From Octopus sinensis (taxonomy: Eukaryota): a stretch of DNA of 64,000 nt. Numbering within the stretch: the stretch's first letter is position 1; the number at the start of each line of letters is the position of its first letter. The position numbers and the translations under genes are program-made. This document shows, in pieces, positions 35,738 through 64,000 of this stretch. The DNA is taken from the NCBI RefSeq assembly GCF_006345805.1, contig NC_043019.1, positions 5,145,360-5,209,359 of the forward strand. The letters are read 5' to 3'. Below the pieces are notes generated by a model that saw nothing but the letters and a program-made list of their open reading frames with translations, was not told where the DNA came from and did not search any database.

Positions 35738-36088
35738 TACTCTTTACTTGTTTCTGTCATTTGACTGCGGCCATGCTGGAGCACCGCCTTTAGTCGAGCA
35801 AATTGACCCCGGGACTTATTCTTTTGCCGAACCACTAAGTGATGGGGACGTAAACACACCAGCATCGGTTGTCAAGCAATGCTAGGGGGACAAACACAGA
35901 CATACAAACATATATATATATACACGACAGGCTTCTTTCAGTTTCCGTCTACCAAATCCACTCACAAGGCATTGGTCGGCCCGGGGCTATAGCAGAAGAC
36001 ACTTGCCCAAGGTGCCACGCAGTGGGACTGAACCCGGAACCATGTGGTTGGTTAGCAAGCTACTTACCACACAGCCACTCCTGCGCCT
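35738..36088 (-). mobile_element. SINE family A
   Basis: Reverse copy. Confidence 0.9.
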
Positions 36089-37804
36089 ATTGCATAAAAT
36101 TTCCACTAATTCATTAAAATTTCCACAATTGAAAGCCCATATACAAACAGGGTTAAGCTTCAGTATAGGGTCAAAGATTACTCTAGATCAGTGGTTCTCA
36201 ACTAGGGTTCACATGATAACTCTTTGGGGGTCCATACGCGATTTTGTTATAAATTAGTTATACTTCTACAATACACAAAATATTTAAGCATTTTTAAAAT
36301 ACAATTTCTAATAATATTAATCATAAAAATAGGACTTTTTAGGCATTGAATAATTATGAGGGTTCCACACCCTAAGTAAAACAAGAATTAAAGGGGTCTA
36401 AGCAAAAAAAAAAAAAGGGCTGAGAACCATTGTTCTAGATGCAGAAACTGTAGCAGCTGAGTGAATGATTTAAGATGACAATTCAAAATAAGGGTCTTTT
36501 AAATATGGAAAAGGTAGAAATGCCAAAATCTCTCCCTTTGTACTTACACTAGAACTGTTTAGTATCAATGTACCACCTAGCAGTGCCTAAAATGATAATT
36601 AAACCCCAGTTAGCTGTATCTATGTTGCAATGTGAATTTAATAGGTTTCATATCACATCCTGGATTATTTCGGGAACTGCATTCATGTCATCACTTCCCA
36701 TTTCCACTCACAAGGCATTGGTCGGCCCGGGGCTACAGCAGAAGACACTTGCCCAAGATGCCACGCAGTGGGACTGAACCCGGGACCATGTGGTTGGTTA
36801 GCAAGCTACTTACCACACAGCCACTCCTGCGCCTTAGGTATGAAATAATAAAATAAAGATGGAACAGTGACATCCTGAGCATTTAGAATTACGGTCGACT
36901 CCCATTACCACCACCCTGTCCAGCTACATTCCCAATGACAGACCTGTGGCTAAACAATAACTTAAAATAACCAAAATATTTTTCTAAAACGAGTTAATTT
37001 TAACAGAATTTCATTGAATAAACACACAAAAAAAGACAGATTTCCACCGTCCTCTTCTGAAGTGTTGACAAATTTGAAAGATATGTTTTCGTGTAGACTC
37101 AATACATTCGTCGTACATTAAATATTTTCTCTCAAAATTCCTGAAAACATCAAAGTAAAACGATATTAAGACTTGATTAAAATTCTTACAATGGCGATTG
37201 CATACCTGTGTGATAATGACCTGCTTTTGCTGTTTAGCTTCAAATAAAACTTGGACCAGGATCCAGCTGACCTAGGGTCAAAGGCATATAAGTTGCAACA
37301 ACCCCATTTTCTCCCCTGGCACAGTCTATCTAGACAGAACTACACTGTCCAATACATATGTGTTCTACAGACAGTACCTATGCTTTAAGGAATATTGACT
37401 GTTATTTCTAGCAAGTTGAGCAACCACATTGAGACTTCCTTGTTGTTGTTTAGCTCCAGTTTGGTCTTGATTGAGCAGGTTTATGATAAAAGGCCTTCCA
37501 GTCATGATCACCCTGTCTTTTATTTTTTTTTTCAGGAGTAAGCAGTATGTGGAACTAAGTTACATTCTTTAAAGATGAAGTGTGATTTGAGGAAAACTTT
37601 TAGCTGCTGCTTCTAGCAAAGTAAGCAACTACGTAGAGGCCCACTCGTTAGTGCACAACTAATAAATTTAATGAAGCAGAAACACCCACCTTACCTCATT
37701 TTATATATATATACATATATATCTCATGAACTAATGACATCCTTAAACAGAAGTCTCAGGTAACCTAAAACATCAAGGTGAGGAGAAACTATCCAGCATC
37801 AGCA

Positions 37805-38145
37805 CATTTTCACCATCATGGAAAGTGGAGACAAAACATGTGACTCACGTGCTTGCTTGCGAAGACCTGTTGGGGCAAGTGAAATCGGAATCGAAATTGA
37901 ACCAATCCTATGACTGGCACCCGGCAGATGCCAGGACCCCTGGACTGGAGATACATAAAAAGCACTATCCGAATCGTGGCCGATGCCAGCGCCGCCTCGA
38001 CTGGCTTCCGTGTCGGTGGCACGTAAAAAGCACCCACTACACTCACGGAGTGGTTGGCGTTAGGAAGGGCATCTAGCTGTAGAAACATTGCCAGATAAGA
38101 CCGGAGCCTGGTGCACGGACGTTAAACGATGATGATGATGATGAT
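37805..38145 (+). mobile_element. RTE 3' UTR copy with (GAT)n tail running into (TA)n
   Basis: Homologous to 2532-3020. Confidence 0.85.
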
Positions 38146-38162
38146 AATATATATATATATAT

Positions 38163-38509
38163 GTATTTCAAAATAGAAAATTACCCTTTAACAGGTAATT
38201 TTTACATGCTAGAAATAGTAGCCAACACGACCAAAAACCACAATTTTATAGCAAATTTCGAAGTAAATGAAAAATAAAAACCTTTATCTTGTTATATAAC
38301 GGTTATACCATGGTTTCGAATTTCTTTAACAAATAATATCACTAAAGAAATTCGAAACCATGGTATAACCGTTATATAACAAGGTAAAGGTTTTTATTTT
38401 TCATTTACTTCGAAATTTGCTATAAAATTGTGGTTTTTGGCCATGTTGGCTGCTATTTCTAGCATATAAAAATTACCTTGTTAAAGGGTAATTTTCTATT
38501 TTGAAATAC
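38163..38509. repeat. Near-perfect 347-bp palindrome (166-bp arms, 14-nt loop)
   Basis: gtatttcaaaatagaaaattaccc...ggtttcgaatttcttta / taaagaaattcgaaacc...gggtaattttctattttgaaatac. Confidence 0.95.
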
Positions 38510-38679
38510 GAATATGTTGTCTATTGACTTTTTATACATGCTAAGCCACTGGTGGTGATATTTATAACGAGTATTCGCCACCCTATATATATATGTACCT
38601 TATGAATATATATATATATATACACACACACACATATACAAATACATATAAAAATACATAAATATATATGAATACATAC

Positions 38680-39043
38680 ATATATAAAGCTGAAGTTGGT
38701 AGCCTTCAACTAACACAATCTCTTCCGAGACCCTACGGCGGAAGTTGACCAAAATTGAGAGTATGATAGAAGAAGGCTTGCTCTTCCTTCCATAGAAGAA
38801 AAAATTCAAATCGGACCATGTTAAGACCAAAAATTATTTACATCAAAAAGGTGTTTTTTTTCTATGAAAATCACTATTTTTTAAATGATTTTTTGACTGC
38901 TGTGCTGCCATTTTTCGGTGTATTTCAACCAGAAAAATGTTCACTTAAAGAGAATAACAAGCTACATGCAAAATTTTTACTTTTCAAAAATTCCAATTCT
39001 AAAGGGTCAAAACAAACCTGAGCAATGCTGGGCGATACTGCTA
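38680..39043 (+). mobile_element. Helitron-like element, second subfamily
   Basis: Same 3' hairpin and end (acaaacctgagcaatgctgggcgatactgcta) and a tataaagctgaagttg 5' start, but a different body. Confidence 0.55.
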
Positions 39044-39343
39044 AAATATTGATTTCAAATTTTGGCACAAAGCCAGCAACTTCAGGGAAAGACATAAGTT
39101 GATTATATCAAACCCCAACATTCAACTTATCGACCCTAAAAGGATGAAAGGCAAAGAAGACTCCCAACGGCATTGGAACTTAAAACAGAGTTTGAAGAAT
39201 TGCTACTAAGCAATTTTCTTTTTTACCACAGTAATGATTCTGCCATCTTGCTGCTATTACCATTCAAAGGAATATTGGTTTCAAATTTTGGCACCAGGCC
39301 AACAATATCAGGGGACGTAGCAAGTCGGTTACATCATTCCCAT

Positions 39344-39565
39344 AAGGCGGCGAACAGGCAGAAACGTTAGTGCTCCGGGCGAAATACTTAGCTGTATTTC
39401 GTCTGCGTTACGTTGTGAGTTCAAATTCCGCCGAGGTCGACTTTGCCTTTCATCCTTTCGGTGTCGATAAATTAAGTACCAGTTACGCACTGGGGTCGAT
39501 GTAATCGACTTAATACCTATGTTTGTCCCCTCTGTGTTTAGCCCCTTGTGGGTAATACAGAAATA
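39344..39565 (+). mobile_element. SINE family B with a 17-bp target-site duplication
   Basis: ggttacatcattcccat at 39327-39343 and 39566-39582. Confidence 0.92.
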
Positions 39566-40055
39566 GGTTACATCATTCCCATTGCTCAACTGATCCTTAT
39601 TTTACGACCCAAACCCTGGGAAGATGAAAGGTAAAGCCAACCTTGGCAGCATCTGAACTCGGCATATAAAGTCGGAAAAAAATGCTGCCAACCATTTTTT
39701 CCACAGTAACAATTCTGCCAGCTTGCTGCTTTTACCATGAAAAGAAATACTAATATTATTATAGAACTGTTAGTATGTCAGACTGACTAACCTGTTCCTC
39801 TCAAAATCGCTGGCCTTGTCTCTAAATCAAAAATCATTGTTATTATTAAGGTGGCAAGCTAGCAGAATCGTTAAGAAGCCAGACAAGATGCTTAGTGGTA
39901 TTTCATCAGTCTTTATGCTCTGAGTTCAAATTCTACCATGGTTGACTTCGCCTTTCATCCTTTTGGGGGTTGATAAAATAACCACCAGCTATGCACTGGG
40001 GTCGATGTAAATGACTAAGTCCTTTCACCAAAACTTCCTATAGTAGAAAGGATTA

Positions 40056-40390
40056 CTCTCTTTTACTTGTTTCAGTCATTTGACTGCGGCCATGCTGGAG
40101 CACCGCCTTTAGTCGAGCAAATCGACCCCGGGACTTATTCTTTGTAAGCCCAGTACTTATTCTATCAGTCTCTTTTGCCGAACCGCTAAATGACGGGGAC
40201 TTAAACACACACATACATATATATATATATATACGACAGGCTTCTTTCAGTTTCTGTCTACCAAATCCACTCACAAGGCATTGGTCGGCCCGGGGCTATA
40301 GCAGAAGACACTTGCCCAAGATGCCACGCAGTGGGACTGAACACGGAACCATGTGGTTGTTTAGCAAGCTACTTACCACACAGCCACTCC
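40056..40390 (-). mobile_element. SINE family A
   Basis: Reverse copy. Confidence 0.88.
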
Positions 40391-41336
40391 AAATATTATT
40401 ATTATTATGGGAGTGGGTTGGCAGAATTGTTAGAGTGGCAGGAAAAAGTGTTGTGATATTTCTTCCAGCGCTTTGTTCCTAGTTCAAACCAGGTCATAGT
40501 CAAAATTATCTTTTATCCCTCTGGGGTCAATAAAATAAAGTATCAGACAAGAACTTGGATCAATTTACTCAACTACAGCCACAAGCTGGCAGAATCATTA
40601 GCACATCAGGCTAGATGCTTAGCAGTATTTCATCTGTCTTTACATTCTAAGTTAAAATTCTGCCAAGGTTAACTCTGTTTTTCATCCTTTCGAGGTTGAT
40701 GAAATAAATAGCAGTTGAGCACTCAGGTAGGATCAATGCAATCAACTAGACCCCTTCCCCAAAATTCCAGCCCTTGTATATACAGCAGAAAGGAATTTAC
40801 TCCACATCATCAAATTTCAGGGTTTGTTTCTAAGTTCTAAGTTCAAATTCCACTGAGGTCAACTTGGCCTTTCACCCATCTGGGATTTGATGAAATAAGT
40901 ACTAGTTGCATACTGGTGTTGATGAAATCAACTAGCTCCCTTCCACCCAAATTTCAGGCCTTGTGCCCATAGTAGAAAGACTATTATTATCATTATTAGT
41001 GGAATGTAGAAAGCTGTATCAGATGCTTGGCAGATGTTGCTAAAATATGACCCCCACCAATAATTTTAAATAAGAAACAAGTAAAAAAAAAAAAAAGACA
41101 AACACCTCCACCCACTCTATGTGATCATTTGATCTGCTAAAATTAGTAAGTACATCTCCCTAAAATCACATGCCACTGTCTTAAAAAGGATATATTAGTA
41201 ATGTTAAACGTAGACACTAAAAAGCTGGAGTGCCTTTGATCAGCATTGACCTAGGGTTAAAAAAATAAGCAATAAAACAATAGCTAGGGTTTCACATTGA
41301 TCACGTTAATTTTTCTATTTGTATATCAGGCACACA

Positions 41337-41803
41337 TACTCTTTTACTTGTTTCAGTCATTTGACTGCGGCCACGCTGGAGCACCGCCTTTAGTCGAGCA
41401 AATCAGGCCCCGGGACTTATTCGTTGTAAGCCCGGTATTTATTCTATCGGTCTCTTTTGCCGAACTGCTAAGCTACGGGGACATAAACACACCAGCATCG
41501 GTTGCCAAGCGATGCTGGGGGGGAGGGGGGGCGAACACAGACACACAAACATATACACACACATACATATATATATGTATATAAAGGCGGTGCTCCAGCA
41601 TGGCCGCAGTCAAATAATTGAAACAAATAAAAGAATATATGATGGGCTTCTTTCAGTTTCCGTCTACCAAATCCACTCACAAGGCTTTGATCAGCCCGAG
41701 GCTATAGCAGAAGACACTTGCCCAAAATGCCACGCAGTGGGACTGAACCCGGAACCATGTGGTTGGTTAGCAAGCTACTTACCACACAGCCACTCCTGCA
41801 CCT
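41337..41803 (-). mobile_element. SINE family A with an inverted tail fragment inside its (TA)n tract
   Basis: aaaggcggtgctccagcatggccgcagtcaaa at ~41584-41635 is inverted relative to the host. Confidence 0.8.
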
Positions 41804-42319
41804 ATACGTACAGAAGCAAACTGATGTGGGTGTTTCTATGTTACTGCCACCCCTGACCTGTTATAAAAAGCTGTTCAACCTTCCTCAAATCACACTTTAC
41901 CATCTTAAAAAAGACATTTGGACAATTTCGGATAATGAAATCTTAGATAAAACCGACGAAAAGAGTTGTGGAAATAAAAGAGAAAATGCTTACATTGGAA
42001 TATCTTTGTCGGAGGACTGATCGTGGTTGACCTGGGGCTAAACAACAACAACACGGGAAATAAATGTAAAATACTAATAAAATGCCCACCCCATAATATT
42101 GCATTTAAAAAAGCTTTATACACATCATCAGTATCATTACACACACACATATATGTGTGAGTGTATATGTATATATATATATATATAATTTAGAGAAAAA
42201 CCGCTATCAAACAATTCAATAAAGAAAGATATATATACATGTGTATATATATATATATATATACATGTGTGTGTATATATATATATATACATGTGTGTGT
42301 GTATATATATATATACATA

Positions 42320-42422
42320 CATGCCTCACAAGAATTAAAGAAATCCTCATGAATCTGGAACACCACGTGACCATATTTCTTATGGGTGATTTCAACTTCC
42401 CCAACGTCAAATGGCCCGAAGG
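42320..42422 (+). mobile_element. CR1/L2-type endonuclease fragment
   Basis: ...TIFLMGDFNFPNVKW, the GDFN motif of LINE APE endonucleases. Confidence 0.6.
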
Positions 42423-43094
42423 TCTTTTAACACCATATATTATTATTATCTATTTGAAAATATAGCCACGAAACGTGCGTAGTCTTTTTACTACCATTTG
42501 CTGTTTATTGTACTTTATTGATTTAAAATAAGTTTTTTTTTATAGTATATGTTTTCTATATGGTGTGAATATCATCTTTCTTTACTGAATCGTTTAATAG
42601 TGGTTTTTCTCTAAATTATATGCATATATTATATATTGTGAAATTTGATTTAAAATTGTTAAATTGAATTTTTCCCTGTAAGTTTGGAGTTATATTCCCT
42701 ACCATTATATATATGTGTGTGTGTATATATGTATATATATATATATGTTTATATGTATGCATGTATACATTTGTGTGTGTGTGTGTGTGTGTGTGTGGAA
42801 ATGCTGGCATGTTTTGAAGAATTTCTAAGACATACAGCAATATCTCCTGCCAAGTAAAAGATTGAAATAAATGTCACACTGGATCATACAGTCATACAAA
42901 CAGACATCTATATATACACATACATAAAGTGACATGTATAATATACATGCCCCTACACACACACACGCACATAGACGATTCTAAATTTTTATATGCAAAG
43001 ATATATACATGCCCACATACACACACGTACATGTATACAGAGGATAATTAATTTTGACCAAGTCTTTCTTTCTTTCGCTCTCTCTTCCTGGGGT

Positions 43095-62722
<19,628 letters not shown>

Positions 62723-62968
62723 CTGAAGAGAGACAACATCTTTCAAGTAATAATGTGATAGAGCTAGATACAGAGATAGCCAGATGGAGAGAGAGGAGAG
62801 AGAGAGAATCAAGATACAGAGAAAGAATGACAGACATTTAGACAAAAGTAATTAGAAAGAGAGAGAGAGAGAGGCAGAGCAACACATAAGGAAAGAAATA
62901 AGAGAGATGGCCACTACATCAGTAAAATATGATGCAGAGCAGTGAAAAGTGTTGTATTTTTACCTTAA

Positions 62969-63187
62969 CCCTTTAGTGTTCAGACTATTCAATCAAACAT
63001 AATGCTTATTGATTCCCATTGATTTGAATTAATCAAGCATTATCTCATACCTTCAAGATCTTGATGGTGTAATTACTTAATGTAGAATAACATTGTGGGG
63101 TAGGTGTGAGAGCCTGGATCTGGTCAGTTTGAACATAAAACAGATTAACTATTTTGGCTGGATATGGCCGGTTTAAATACTAAAGGG
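62969..63187. mobile_element. piggyBac-like MITE family 2
   Basis: TTAA-CCCTTTAGT...ACTAAAGGG-TTAA. Confidence 0.85.
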
Positions 63188-63319
63188 TTAAAACACTCAG
63201 CCGACAATACTACAACTACTGACCCTTATTACATACTTCAGTGATAAAAAGGATCATACAGAAAAATAAAGGACCTATAATTTGAGTAAAATGTGGTAGA
63301 AAACAACAACATTCATCCA

Positions 63320-63465
63320 TTCATTGTTCGACCGTGGTCGAGACAATGGAATTTACTATGTTACGCCAGACTTCACGGTCCATCATAGCACTATGGAGTT
63401 CCTGTTGCTGGATGCCTGTATCCCTGGAGATTACATCAGGGTAGGAGAGTGTGCACCTTCTGGTA
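63320..63465 (-). mobile_element. RTE 3' fragment (third family)
   Basis: ...LSYPDVISRDTGIQQQEL...SIVSTTVEQ*. Confidence 0.85.
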
Positions 63466-64000
63466 TCACTGGATGCCCTTGGAGGTGCAACGTGATCAGA
63501 GACAGGACCCGGCAAAGCAGGGGCTGGACCTACATCCACAGGTATACCATTAAGTCTATTTCCTTGGGGAAGAGGAACCCTGGTACAGTTAATTGCAAAC
63601 TCCACTGTCTTTTCAAATGGCTAATAATGTGTGCGTGCGCCGCTACTACACACATTGGAAAGCATTTTACAACCAAGCACTAAAGAAGATCTTTCCTCCT
63701 CCATGAAACAAAGCTGTTCCCGCTGGATGTCAACCCAGTATTTCTAAGCTACGGACCGAGTGATTTGTTGTAAGGTTATCTCCCTAGACAGATTGCCTTC
63801 ACTACGGCTAAGGAGCCCTTTTCTACCCCACTGACACAACAGCAAACACATAGCATTTACATTGGTAAAGTACAAAAGAGAGGGCAATAAAAAATGATGG
63901 TCAACTTGTACTTTGGTTAAATATGATAGAGAGAAAAACAAAACAAAACAAGTCATAGATAACTTTTACTTTGGTCGGGCACAAAGCAGCAGAAATATGG

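Noticed and set aside
42504-42519. Two minus-strand AATAAA as the DNMT1 poly(A) signal
   Set aside because: Plausible at ~580 bp past the stop, but AATAAA is frequent in this AT-rich DNA and it cannot be supported without 3' end data.
63661-63960. Possible further DNMT1 BAH2 exon
   Set aside because: No frame resembles the expected upstream sequence (roughly GRC.VEY...RFYFLE); the next exon must lie beyond the window.

Overview
AT-rich, repeat-dense animal genomic DNA. The SINE/RTE/Penelope landscape suggests a coleoid cephalopod such as Octopus (inference, no search run). Two spliced genes converge tail-to-tail. On the + strand is a complete 7-exon ankyrin-repeat/SOCS-box (ASB-like) gene (CDS 17089-31443, 526 aa by my splice model). 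On the - strand are the last 11 exons of DNMT1 (62722-43095, 525 aa, all catalytic motifs intact); its 5' part lies beyond the window. The rest is mostly mobile DNA: one young 5'-truncated RTE LINE with an open 2.2-kb ORF, RTE/CR1/Penelope fragments, several tRNA-derived SINE families, Helitron-like elements, piggyBac-like and other MITEs, and long microsatellites. The top finding is a tRNA-headed SINE-like family carrying a minimal, probably dimer-dependent hammerhead ribozyme. It has 4 copies, the best at 32831-33072, and three further decayed hammerhead-like motifs occur in Penelope-type remnants. Most short ORFs in the supplied track are repeat artefacts. Exon coordinates were counted by hand; repeat boundaries are approximate.
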